Virus record (IMG/VR): IMGVR_UViG_3300010334_004649
DNA length: 64,000 bases
DNA from: an uncultured virus (IMG/VR IMGVR_UViG_3300010334_004649)
Taxonomy: Duplodnaviria; Heunggongvirae; Uroviricota; Caudoviricetes
Reading direction: 5' to 3' (one strand)
Shown here: piece after piece, positions 38,335-47,886 of the stretch
Numbering within the stretch: position 1 is the first letter of the stretch
Layout of the letters: every line of letters starts with the position of its first letter
Program-made: the position numbers and the translations under genes
Notes under the pieces: generated by a model
The model's input: the letters and a program-made list of their open reading frames with translations, nothing else
Told to the model about the DNA's origin: nothing
The model's database searches: none

Positions 38335-39405
38335 ATGACAACAATCATATTGCAGTCGCCACAGATCGCCAGCAGAGCCTTTGGTACCAATGTACCCGGT
38401 AGTGTAATGCAGGCCATTCCTCGCATCAAGTTTGAATTCTATGTACAATTTGTGCTGGGACCATCTGCACAGCAGATGTTACCGCCATCAGCCAAATTGT
38501 CCAATTACGGCAATGAAAGAGGCATCTCATTCAAAGTCAAAACAGTTGACAAGCCAAAGGTTACACTGCAGGTTGACGAGTTGAATCAATATAATAAAAA
38601 GGTTCTAGTTTACAAAAAGGTCGACTACGGCGACATGACAGTGAGACTACATGACACCGTAGATGACAGTATTTTGGCAACCTGGGTGGATTATTTTACC
38701 TTTTACTTTGCCGACAGCAGGAAAAAAACTGGAGATGATCCAAACAATGCCACACCTGCAGCACCCTACGAACAGTCTCCCTATAACCCCAACATGCAGT
38801 GGGACAGCGGTTGGGGCTTCCAACCGCTGGTCAACAACGACACTAATTTTTTTACCAGTATTATAGTCTATGTTCTGTATGCCAATACCTACACAGCGTG
38901 GAGTTACGTCAACCCCAAAATCACCGCCATTGACTGGCAAAGTCTTGATTACTCTTCCAGTGAACCAGAAGAGGTCAACGTTTCATTCAAATATGAAGCA
39001 ATACGTTACCTTGCGTTTGGAGTTCCAATCAATACCAATACCACACTGGGATTCATGCCGGATTTTGGTTTTACACCAGCAGATTTTATAAATCCTCCCC
39101 TGACACCACCTACACCTGGGCCTCATGCCTCTCCGAGGATTTTCACATCCGCTCTTTCACCTGTACAAAACACCACCACTCAAATCACTACACCCAGCAA
39201 CAACATATCAAATCCCAGTGCCAATACACCAACTTTAACAGGGGTTGGACCTGCTCAGGTATCACAAGCAGCCCAGGCCGCAGCACAGGCAACTGCAAAT
39301 GCATCAGCATCTCTGTCTAATCCTACTACACAGGTTCCACTAGAGACAGCAGCCACTACCACTTTGAACCAACAGGTGAGCTTTGGCGGAAGTTATAATT
39401 TTTAA
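38335..39405 (+). CDS. Tube-initiator or tube-like baseplate protein (gp54/gp48-like) with a Thr/Pro/Ala-rich tail
   Basis: PR.KF, VKTVD.P, NQYN.K, HD, NPKIT......LDY, F.YE. Confidence 0.7.
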   Translation: MTTIILQSPQIASRAFGTNVPGSVMQAIPRIKFEFYVQFVLGPSAQQMLPPSAKLSNYGNERGISFKVKTVDKPKVTLQVDELNQYNKKVLVYKKVDYGDMTVRLHDTVDDSILATWVDYFTFYFADSRKKTGDDPNNATPAAPYEQSPYNPNMQWDSGWGFQPLVNNDTNFFTSIIVYVLYANTYTAWSYVNPKITAIDWQSLDYSSSEPEEVNVSFKYEAIRYLAFGVPINTNTTLGFMPDFGFTPADFINPPLTPPTPGPHASPRIFTSALSPVQNTTTQITTPSNNISNPSANTPTLTGVGPAQVSQAAQAAAQATANASASLSNPTTQVPLETAATTTLNQQVSFGGSYNF

Positions 39406-39419
39406 AATCTGGAAGCAAC

Positions 39420-39896
39420 ATGGCAGCAAATTTCACCCAACAAACGATACAGCAGCAGATAGCACAGCAAAGCGGCCAAATAGCCATTACTCAAGCTGGC
39501 GGTGGGTTTCAATATGTCAATACCATTACTGGGCAGGTGTTAAATCTACCACCTGTTAGTTCAGCAATACTCAATAACCCCATCACCAGCAAGAACCCAA
39601 AATTATCCAACACTGCACTGGCACTGGCCAGGGGCTATTATGCCAATACCACAGCACCACAGGCTCTGGTTGAAGCCATTGCCAGTGTAGCAGCATATGT
39701 CACTGCAACACAGGGGATTCCTATTGGAGCCCTGTTTGATGCTAATGGAGTGACATCGGCATTTCTATCGGCCTATAATTCACTGTCGCCGGTGGGATCA
39801 CAAATAGGTGTTGCCACTATAAACACAGCGCCAGTCTGGGAAAATAATCCCACGCTGCGCGGATCTATTGCCGCTGCGCTGACTGAACAGGCATGA
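39420..39896 (+). CDS. Hypothetical virion protein
   Basis: 158 aa within a late operon; ATGA overlap with gp4. Confidence 0.7.
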   Translation: MAANFTQQTIQQQIAQQSGQIAITQAGGGFQYVNTITGQVLNLPPVSSAILNNPITSKNPKLSNTALALARGYYANTTAPQALVEAIASVAAYVTATQGIPIGALFDANGVTSAFLSAYNSLSPVGSQIGVATINTAPVWENNPTLRGSIAAALTEQA

Positions 39897-40339
39897 GTAA
39901 ATACAGCACTGGTATATTCATACCAAAAAACCCACACAAATTGGTTGGCAATCCCAATCCAACGTTTAGGTCCAGTTGGGAAAATCGCGTGATGATGATG
40001 TTGGATCAACATCCAAATGTCATCAACTGGGCTAGTGAAAGCATAGCCATTCCCTATAAAAGTCCACTAGATGGCAAAATGCACAGATACATACCTGATT
40101 TCTTGATTGTCTACAAAGACAAGACTGGCCAACAACGTGCTGAATTGGTAGAAGTAAAACCAGCCAAAGAAGCCATGGCTGAAAATGCCAAAAGCAAGCG
40201 CGACAAAGCAGCAGTGTTGTTGAACACTGCCAAATGGGGTGCAGCTATGATGTATTGCAAGAAAAATGGTTTGAATTTCCGCATACTCACTGAAGATCAA
40301 ATTTTTGTCAAAAAAGGTGTGCACAACCGCAAGCGTTGA
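39893..40339 (+). CDS. 4: Head completion nuclease (T4 gp4 / TnsA-like)
   Basis: P.NP.K, RSSWE, WASE...IPY, HRYIPDF, EVKP, N.AKW.AA. Confidence 0.92.
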   Translation: MSKYSTGIFIPKNPHKLVGNPNPTFRSSWENRVMMMLDQHPNVINWASESIAIPYKSPLDGKMHRYIPDFLIVYKDKTGQQRAELVEVKPAKEAMAENAKSKRDKAAVLLNTAKWGAAMMYCKKNGLNFRILTEDQIFVKKGVHNRKR

Positions 40340-40412
40340 TCAGACTGCCATCAGCCTGGAAATAGTCCCAGTTCAGCAATTGCTGCCTCAAATTTAACTC
40401 ATAAATATCCAC

Positions 40413-40874
40413 ATGAGCGCAAAGTTTGACAAACTCCAGCAGGCATTTAACCTGCCTGGTATGGAAGAAGTATCACCTGATACAGCACAGGAAATTGAAG
40501 CTGCATTGGCACAGGCCAAGGACCTTGAGCAGCATTTTGACCAAATGGACGGCTATGATCAGCATGATCACGAAATGGATGAATTGGCAGGATTGGCCAT
40601 TCAGGCCCACAAGGATCTGCAGGACCTCGGCATGAATGTTGAAATAAAACACGCAGGCGAAATATTTTCCAGTGCAGGGCAGATGTTGAAAATAGCCGTA
40701 GACGCCAAGAACCTCAAAGTTGAAAAAAAACTCAAACTATTGAGGCTACAATTGGACAAGATGAAGATAGATCGTGCTCATAGTCCTCCAGATGCTGTCG
40801 ATGGCACTGCAGTGAGTTTAGATCGCAACGAGATATTGAAACAACTGCGTCAAATGGGCGGCAATGATAAATAA
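40413..40874 (+). CDS. Probable terminase small subunit (gp16-like)
   Basis: Helical 153 aa, DL..LG.NVE...AG, C-terminal DRNEILK; upstream of TerL. Confidence 0.5.
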   Translation: MSAKFDKLQQAFNLPGMEEVSPDTAQEIEAALAQAKDLEQHFDQMDGYDQHDHEMDELAGLAIQAHKDLQDLGMNVEIKHAGEIFSSAGQMLKIAVDAKNLKVEKKLKLLRLQLDKMKIDRAHSPPDAVDGTAVSLDRNEILKQLRQMGGNDK

Positions 40875-40895
40875 CAGACATAGGAGCCGCCTAAC

Positions 40896-41684
40896 ATGAA
40901 AAATTTCAGGGATTATCTCGAGGAAAGTGTCAAGGATCACAATTATGTGATAAAATTTTCTCAGCAACCAACTGAAGAACAGGTACAGATCATAGGAAAA
41001 TGGCTCAAGAGGTATGAACTCAAAAGCATAACACATCCAGAAAAAGTGCCCATAGATCACAAGGACTTTATAGACATACCCAACAAGGACGTGTATATGA
41101 TGGCCTTTACCATCGGTACACCCTGTGTTAGTTACATACTGCAGCAGGATCTAAGACTTTGCACCAACATACCGGAAAAATACATTGTGGTGCGTGCTGC
41201 TAATGAGCCCATTGAGCGCTATGCTGAATACGATGTTTGGAGCAGATTGGCTGACAAGGCCGCAGCACAAGATGGTGATACCCATGCTGCGCGACTCAGT
41301 ACCAACAGAGAATACAATGCTGCTGAACAACCACCCGCAGGACCGCTATTTGGTAATGAATACAACAAGAACCTGCTGACATATCTGGCAGGTGTGGCAG
41401 ATTCGCGCCCCAGCATGGAAGTTCATGCATCAGCACCACTGTTTAGTTGGCTTCAGATGGAAGACATTGCACCAGGTGAACCAATGCAGGACACTAGTGA
41501 CTTCAATGCTCAATTCAACACACCTAAACCCACTACAGCTGGTGACAAAAGACCTGTGGTTGATGATGCCTATGTCAACAGCAAAGGAACCATGAGCGAC
41601 AACGCTATACCACATGTCAAATTTATAAAAGATCCCAAAACTGGCAAGGCTCGACAAATGGTTCAACCGGCGGAGAAAAATTAA
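40896..41684 (+). CDS. Hypothetical head-internal protein
   Basis: N-terminus MKNFRDYLEE resembles the T4 capsid-targeting sequence; late core at 40868-40873; AGGAG RBS. Confidence 0.7.
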   Translation: MKNFRDYLEESVKDHNYVIKFSQQPTEEQVQIIGKWLKRYELKSITHPEKVPIDHKDFIDIPNKDVYMMAFTIGTPCVSYILQQDLRLCTNIPEKYIVVRAANEPIERYAEYDVWSRLADKAAAQDGDTHAARLSTNREYNAAEQPPAGPLFGNEYNKNLLTYLAGVADSRPSMEVHASAPLFSWLQMEDIAPGEPMQDTSDFNAQFNTPKPTTAGDKRPVVDDAYVNSKGTMSDNAIPHVKFIKDPKTGKARQMVQPAEKN

Positions 41685-41685
41685 A

Positions 41686-42336
41686 ATGGAAAGACACTAC
41701 AAACTGGCTGTTACCAGCGACACCACCAACATTGATGTCAACAGTGTTGACGCAGCCGAAGTTGCTCGCATTGTGCAATTGGCCGGAATGAGCCAAAGTA
41801 TGCCAGATACCATGCCTACTGCAACTGACAACAACGCACTTCAGCGCAAGACTTCAGATCAACAACAGCTGTCAGATCTTACAGTCCTTCGTAAAAATGC
41901 AGGCATGTCTCCGATGCCGCCAGCTCCGTCGTTGTTGGGTTCGGCTCATGACGATCATCCAATGGATGTAATACAAAAGGTGGACGAGGACGTGGCGGAA
42001 TATGATTTTGGTCACAGAACATTCAAAGACGAGGGTGAAGAAATCGACGAACCGGACTATATTTGGCAGGCCGTAGAAAATCCACAACGCATCAAAGGTT
42101 CAGCCGGAGATAATGGTTTAATCCAAGAATTGCATACTAGACTCACCCTGCAATATCAGCAATATCTAACTGAGGAAGAAGCCGTAGAACGTGAGAATGA
42201 TGCAGGTTTAATGAGTCCATTGAGCGATCCTACTAAACCTAGTTTTGACAAGGATCCTCTCAGTGATGTTGAACCTGTTACAGACGGTAGCCACAGTCCA
42301 ATGAGCACCATTGTAAGGCAGCACGCATTCAAGTGA
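41686..42336 (+). CDS. Acidic hypothetical head-internal protein
   Basis: 216 aa; RIVQLAGM motif and several (L/V)xE sites. Confidence 0.7.
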   Translation: MERHYKLAVTSDTTNIDVNSVDAAEVARIVQLAGMSQSMPDTMPTATDNNALQRKTSDQQQLSDLTVLRKNAGMSPMPPAPSLLGSAHDDHPMDVIQKVDEDVAEYDFGHRTFKDEGEEIDEPDYIWQAVENPQRIKGSAGDNGLIQELHTRLTLQYQQYLTEEEAVERENDAGLMSPLSDPTKPSFDKDPLSDVEPVTDGSHSPMSTIVRQHAFK

Positions 42337-42380
42337 AAACTGCGGATATAGATCAGGTAATCAACATAAACTGAAATTCA

Positions 42381-42782
42381 ATGGCAAAAAACAACACCGA
42401 TTTTGAAAAACTCAAACCAGCTGGGAAAAAGGTATCGTTCAACAAAGAACAGTTGGCCGAAATCTATGCATGTCATAGTAATCCGATACATTTTATGGAA
42501 AACTTCATGTGCATCCAGCATCCGGTCAAGGGCAAGATGCCATTCGAAGCCTATCAATTCCAACGGGAACTAATCAATACCTATTGGCAAAATCGCAATA
42601 CAATTGCTATGATTCCTCGCCAGAGTGGTAAATGCTGTCTAAATAGTACTATAATAACTGTTAAACAAAATAGTACAGGAAAGCAATATGATATACCAAT
42701 CGGCGAATATCATCAGTGGGCATCTGACATGCGAGATCACGGTACCTCTGGTATTGATATCAATCGATACCAAAAAAAATAG
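42381..42782 (+). CDS. 17: Terminase large subunit N-part fused to split-intein N fragment (IntN 42633-42779, 49 aa)
   Basis: IQHPVKG...F..Y.FQ, PRQSGK|CCLNSTII; the ORF stops after the intein N-terminal strands. Confidence 0.9.
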   Translation: MAKNNTDFEKLKPAGKKVSFNKEQLAEIYACHSNPIHFMENFMCIQHPVKGKMPFEAYQFQRELINTYWQNRNTIAMIPRQSGKCCLNSTIITVKQNSTGKQYDIPIGEYHQWASDMRDHGTSGIDINRYQKK

Positions 42783-42901
42783 TTGGACAAAAATTACCAA
42801 TATTATGTCTGCCTCTTGGCAGCGTAGATGGCCTTCACTTTATGGACTTGGGATGCTGATTCCTTTTATTAACTCAAATACCCAATCACGGGATAAGAAC
42901 T

Positions 42902-44614
42902 ATGAATGAGCTTTCTGAAACCATAACTCGCAAATTTATAGACGTAGTCGATCTCGATGATTGGTCAGTAATGTCAGATACCGGTTGGCAAGACTGCATC
43001 TCCATAAACAAAACCGTGATGTATGATGTATGGAGGTTGGAATTAGAAAACGGACAGATTTTGTTGTGTGCAGACGATCACATAGTATTTGATGAACACT
43101 ATCATGAAACATTTGTCAAGGACCTTGCTCCAACCCATGTGGTGATCACAGCGTCTGGCCCGGTCAGGGTGCGGTCAGTGATCAATCTCAATTACAGCGA
43201 CAACATGTATGATCTGTCAGTAGATTCTCCGGAACATAGATATTTTGCAGATGGCATATTGAGCCATAATACAACCACTGCAGCAGGATATTTACTTTGG
43301 TATGCCATGTTCAACGACGATGTAACGGTGCTGATCGCAGCCAACAAGTTCAAGGCCGCTAATGAGATCATGATGCGCATCAAATATGCCTATGAGGAGA
43401 TGCCCGATCACATAAGATGTGGTGTAGTGGAATACAATGTTACCAGTATAAGGTTTGACAACGGTTCACGTATTGTGGCCACTACAACGACACCAGACAG
43501 TGGCCGCGGCATGAGTATCAGCCTATTGTATCTAGATGAGTTTGCCTATGTACGACCTAGAGTGGCTGTTGAGTTTTGGACAGCTATGGCCCCTACCTTG
43601 GCCACCGGTGGCAAATGCATCATCACTTCAACCCCCGCCAGCGATGAGGATATGTTTGCTCAACTGTGGTTTGGCGCTATTAATACCATTGACGAAAAAG
43701 GCAACGAGATACCCAACGGCATTGGTAGAAACGGATTCAAAGGGTTTTCTGCGCATTACAGCGACGTTCCCGGACGCGATGAAATCTGGGCCGAAGTAGA
43801 GCGTGCCAAAATTGGCGACGAGCGTTTCATGCGTGAATATGAATGTCAGTTTGCCGGTGAAGAAAGCACACTGATCAGTGGGTTGACTCTGCAGCGATTG
43901 AAAGGTATAGATCCTCTCTACAAGACCAATGACGTGAGATGGTATGTCAAACCTGCTCCGGAACTTACCTATCTTGTGAGCCTTGATCCCAGTGCAGGCA
44001 TCGGCAAGGACCCTGCAGCCATAGAGGTATTTTCAATACCAAACATGGTCCAGGTTGCCGAATGGAGCAGCAACAGGGCCAGTGTACCAAATCAAGTTCG
44101 AACGCTGCAGGTCATTATTGAAAAGATCTACAATGACTGCAAACGCGGTGGCATAAAAGGCGAACCAGACATATACTTTTCATTTGAAAACAACTCCTGG
44201 GGAGAGGCTGCATTACAGACCATATCTGATATAGGCGAGGAAAATTTTCTTGGCCAGTTGTTGAACGAACCAAAAAAAGTGGGATTAACTAGAACCCGCA
44301 AGGGTCTCAATACCAATGGACGCAGCAAGGCCATGGCCTGCAGTAAACTGAAAAGTTTAGTAGAAGGCAATAGGCTAACACTTCACAGTAAATTATTGAT
44401 AAAACAAATGAAATTTTTCACCAGCAGAGGCGATGGTTTTGCTGCCAAGCAGGGTGAACATGACGATTGTGTAATGGCGACCATTCTTTGTGTGCGCATG
44501 ATGCAGATGGTCACAAACTGGGACGACCGAATCGGCGAAATACTCAAGGATGCATTTGATGATGACACGACCGATACTAGAGATCCACTGCCGTTTTCGG
44601 TCATCTTCAACTAA
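42902..44614 (+). CDS. 17: Split-intein C fragment (42902-43270, 123 aa) fused to terminase large subunit C-part
   Basis: CADDHIV block B, YDL.V....HRYFADGILSHN|TTT, then LDEFA Walker B, ITSTP, DPSAG.G.D, HDDCVMA. Confidence 0.93.
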   Translation: MNELSETITRKFIDVVDLDDWSVMSDTGWQDCISINKTVMYDVWRLELENGQILLCADDHIVFDEHYHETFVKDLAPTHVVITASGPVRVRSVINLNYSDNMYDLSVDSPEHRYFADGILSHNTTTAAGYLLWYAMFNDDVTVLIAANKFKAANEIMMRIKYAYEEMPDHIRCGVVEYNVTSIRFDNGSRIVATTTTPDSGRGMSISLLYLDEFAYVRPRVAVEFWTAMAPTLATGGKCIITSTPASDEDMFAQLWFGAINTIDEKGNEIPNGIGRNGFKGFSAHYSDVPGRDEIWAEVERAKIGDERFMREYECQFAGEESTLISGLTLQRLKGIDPLYKTNDVRWYVKPAPELTYLVSLDPSAGIGKDPAAIEVFSIPNMVQVAEWSSNRASVPNQVRTLQVIIEKIYNDCKRGGIKGEPDIYFSFENNSWGEAALQTISDIGEENFLGQLLNEPKKVGLTRTRKGLNTNGRSKAMACSKLKSLVEGNRLTLHSKLLIKQMKFFTSRGDGFAAKQGEHDDCVMATILCVRMMQMVTNWDDRIGEILKDAFDDDTTDTRDPLPFSVIFN

Positions 44615-44640
44615 ATACACTATCTAACAAGGATTTTAAC

Positions 44641-46584
44641 ATGGCTTTTGACTGGTCTATTGTCACTGACAAACTATATGGAATCGTCAAAGGTTCGGCC
44701 AAAAAATTGAGCATGTATGATGCACGAGGCAACGAAACTATAGATCCCAGCGACGCTACACGGTTTTTTGCTACCTTTTCCAGCAGCGACCCAGACCTCG
44801 ATGATTTTACCATCTTGGTAGCAATACATGATCTAGGACAAAGCAGTTATATCAACATAAAAACACCATCTCTAGATGATGACAGAGATTTCGACAAGGT
44901 TCATCAAATACGCAATCATATACGCAGTGCCGTTGGCCAGCGAGAAGGCATCAAAACAGTTTGGCAGAAGTTTGACCAAGAGATAGATCCCAGGGAGGAA
45001 GCCGTGCATAATATCAAAGAAAGCAAAGACATGGGCAAGTGGCATGGAACCACCAAGAGTTCTTTTCAAAAAATAGGCACAGCAAAACTGATAATCCGGC
45101 ATACAGGTGCTGTCAATGAAAACCTAGCTGGTGCTAGGACGCGACATATAAGAGCACTGTTTGTTGAAAGTGATCAAGGAGAAAGATTTGTATATCCTTA
45201 TCTGCACATGTCAGGAGCCCGAGCCTTTGCTCGCCATATCAGCAATGGCGGGACCAATCATGATACTGTATCACAGGGTATAACGAAACTAAGTGGAGAT
45301 TACATGAGCCTGCGCAGAGCATCACATGCCATGCGGCAAAATGGTGCGGTCAGCGGATGGACAGTTTCGGTACGCGAAAGTATGAACAGTATCAATGGTC
45401 GTTTGAAGAGCCTACAGGGACCAAAAGGTCATGCACGCGCTGAGAGACTGCTGGCCAATCAACATGTGATACTAGACGAGACCACAACCAATAGTCTCTG
45501 GCAGCGCCTGGCAGAAGTCTGCGGTTGCGATCAAGAACAGCCACTGTACAGTGATCTTGGAGTAGCGGCTCGCTACCTCAGTGGTGTAGACAAGTCATCG
45601 CACGTTGTTAAATTTTCCTGGCACCGCCGACCTGATATCAGCGGAGTGGCACATACACAGCCAGTGTTGGCACGACTTCACCTGCAGTTGATAGAGCTGG
45701 CCGATGCCTGTTCTGACTCACATGCTGCTGCCCGACTGAGAGAAATAGCAGCCATGCTGGGACAAAACAGGAAACCCAGCACAGAGGACCTAGCATTTGT
45801 GCGCGAAGCCATAGCCAGCGGCACCAAATATACTACTGAGACCGAACTGCCAGAAGAAAGAGAAATCGACGAATTTCTCATGGAATTCTCTTTGGATAAA
45901 ATGTTCACCACAGATGCCTCAGTAGGCAGCAGGGTCGATTCGATTGATGAAGCATTCGAAACTGACACCAGTGATTACGAAATGTCCCATGGCAAAAAAC
46001 CTCGAGGCAGCGGCGGATGGGTAATTGGTGTTGGTTCAAAAGACGCCAAGGATCATGTGGAATACAGTGGGTCGTTGTCAGACGCTTTGCAAAGGGCCAA
46101 ACAAGTTGCCAGAGACAAAGGTTTGACCAAAAGTTCATCGCCTGTGAGACTGCACGTCATGTCTGAAAATGATACATATGGTGTGAAACAGAAAAAACAC
46201 GAGCGTGAAGACGAAATTGCATATAACAAAGAACAGCGTGCAAAACGTTGGAACTTTGGCGATCCATTGCCAGATTCAACACCAGCAGACAATGACCTAG
46301 AAGAAATGGAGAAAAACAGCATGATTCAGCACATACCCGGCCAGTCGGGCAAGGTTATCAATCAAAGTGGAGACTTTTATCTTGTGCATGACGAGGATAA
46401 CTATGATCGTACGATCAAACACGAGTATATTGTGTATCAAAAGACAGGTGAAAGATTCAAAGAGATTGAAAACCTAAACATGCCATACCAAAGACCCAGC
46501 GAAGCAATGGCAGTGTTTAAGAAAAAATATATGGCCCCGCATGAAGCCATGCTGGAACGCATGAAAAATCTCGCTGGTATCTAA
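44641..46584 (+). CDS. Large hypothetical virion or internal protein, probably multi-domain
   Basis: Late core at 44612-44617; GT.KSS, LIIRH, R.R.I..LFVE...GERF, GARAFARH; ends ERMKNLAGI. Confidence 0.75.
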   Translation: MAFDWSIVTDKLYGIVKGSAKKLSMYDARGNETIDPSDATRFFATFSSSDPDLDDFTILVAIHDLGQSSYINIKTPSLDDDRDFDKVHQIRNHIRSAVGQREGIKTVWQKFDQEIDPREEAVHNIKESKDMGKWHGTTKSSFQKIGTAKLIIRHTGAVNENLAGARTRHIRALFVESDQGERFVYPYLHMSGARAFARHISNGGTNHDTVSQGITKLSGDYMSLRRASHAMRQNGAVSGWTVSVRESMNSINGRLKSLQGPKGHARAERLLANQHVILDETTTNSLWQRLAEVCGCDQEQPLYSDLGVAARYLSGVDKSSHVVKFSWHRRPDISGVAHTQPVLARLHLQLIELADACSDSHAAARLREIAAMLGQNRKPSTEDLAFVREAIASGTKYTTETELPEEREIDEFLMEFSLDKMFTTDASVGSRVDSIDEAFETDTSDYEMSHGKKPRGSGGWVIGVGSKDAKDHVEYSGSLSDALQRAKQVARDKGLTKSSSPVRLHVMSENDTYGVKQKKHEREDEIAYNKEQRAKRWNFGDPLPDSTPADNDLEEMEKNSMIQHIPGQSGKVINQSGDFYLVHDEDNYDRTIKHEYIVYQKTGERFKEIENLNMPYQRPSEAMAVFKKKYMAPHEAMLERMKNLAGI

Positions 46585-46600
46585 TTATATCAAAAAAATA

Positions 46601-46663
46601 TGTCATGGATGTTTTTAAAATTTGTTCTTACTACTTCAGGACTAATGATTTGCATCCATGACA
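46601..46663. repeat. 11-bp perfect inverted repeat with a 41-nt spacer
   Basis: TGTCATGGATG ... CATCCATGACA directly upstream of the gp32 promoter core (46669-46674). Confidence 0.7.
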
Positions 46664-46753
46664 GGTGATAAATAGTATTGTCAGTAGAGGGACAGAAAGA
46701 TGACCCAACACTGTCTTTAGACCATTATTAGGCACACAAAGGAGGCACACACA

Positions 46754-47806
46754 ATGGCACTAACTCTTAAAGAAATCCAGGCTAAACTGCTGGCACAGCA
46801 GGCCAATAAAGACCGCGCTAAGAATGGCAGCGGATTCGGTGGCGACAATGCCATTTATCCATTTTGGAATAATCCCGAAGGTTCCAGCGCTACCATGCGA
46901 TTTCTGCCAGACGGCGATGAATCCAACGATTTTTTCTGGCTTGAACGTCTTATTATCAAACTGCCATTCCCCGGAGTCAAGGGAGACTCAGCAGGCAAGG
47001 CTGTAGAGGTACAGGTTCCCTGCACTGACATGTGGAAAGCCAACACCTGTCCAATTACTGCTGAAATCCGCCCGTGGTGGAAGGACAAGAGTCTGGAAGA
47101 TATGGCTCGCAAGTATTATCGCAAGAAGAGTTATCTATTTCAAGGCTTTGTAACTGCCAATCCCAACAAGGAAGATCAAGAACCAGCCAACCCAATACGT
47201 AGATTCATCATCAACCCCAGTGTGTTTGACATTGTCAAGTCAATTCTCATGGACAAGGATCTTGAGAATAGTCCCACTGATTATCGACATGGGCGCGATT
47301 TTTACCTACTCAAGAATACCAAAGGCGGTTACGCAAACTATTCAAGCAGCAAGTGGGCTATGAAAGAGCGTGCACTCACTGATGATGAGACCAATGCTGT
47401 TAACCAATACGGACTATGGAATCTCAGTTCATTCCTGCCAAAGAAACCCGATGCCGCACATCTCGATGCCATTATGGAAATGTTCACTGCTAGTGTAAAT
47501 GAGGAACTCTACGACACTGACCGCTGGGGTCAATACTATCGTCCAAATGGCATGAGGATGGACGGTATTGCAGACAGTGATTCAGCGGTTGTTGTTCCGC
47601 AGACAACACCTGTGACTTCGTCGGGTACTGCAGCTGGTATTTTAAATAAGATTCCAAACAGGGCCGCAACCCAGGTCGATGATGTTCCACCCTGGGAAGA
47701 ACCACAACCAACCAAACCAGCCGCAGCACCTCAATCCGACAAGCCAAAAATGCAGACGCCGGATGATATTATTGCTGCTATCAGGCGCCGCCAACAGCAG
47801 AAGTAA
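46754..47806 (+). CDS. 32: Single-stranded DNA-binding protein (gp32-like)
   Basis: RFLPD, VPC..M.....CPI, Y..K.SY.FQG.V, PTDY..G.DF, GYANYS.S.W. Confidence 0.88.
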   Translation: MALTLKEIQAKLLAQQANKDRAKNGSGFGGDNAIYPFWNNPEGSSATMRFLPDGDESNDFFWLERLIIKLPFPGVKGDSAGKAVEVQVPCTDMWKANTCPITAEIRPWWKDKSLEDMARKYYRKKSYLFQGFVTANPNKEDQEPANPIRRFIINPSVFDIVKSILMDKDLENSPTDYRHGRDFYLLKNTKGGYANYSSSKWAMKERALTDDETNAVNQYGLWNLSSFLPKKPDAAHLDAIMEMFTASVNEELYDTDRWGQYYRPNGMRMDGIADSDSAVVVPQTTPVTSSGTAAGILNKIPNRAATQVDDVPPWEEPQPTKPAAAPQSDKPKMQTPDDIIAAIRRRQQQK

Positions 47807-47811
47807 ACTGG

Positions 47812-47840
47812 CTGGGAGGTTGATCCCTCCCAGACCTTTT
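47812..47840 (+). terminator. Probable terminator after gp32
   Basis: CTGGGAGG-TTGATC-CCTCCCAG then ACCTTTT. Confidence 0.6.
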
Positions 47841-47886
47841 GAGGCAATGCCAACATCTGACAACATTCTATTGATAGGAGAAAATC

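Noticed and set aside
42688..42909. 73-aa ORF bridging the terminase halves, as a frameshift product or endonuclease
   Set aside because: It has no intein or nuclease motifs, lies in a third frame and stops after the IntC start; treated as spurious
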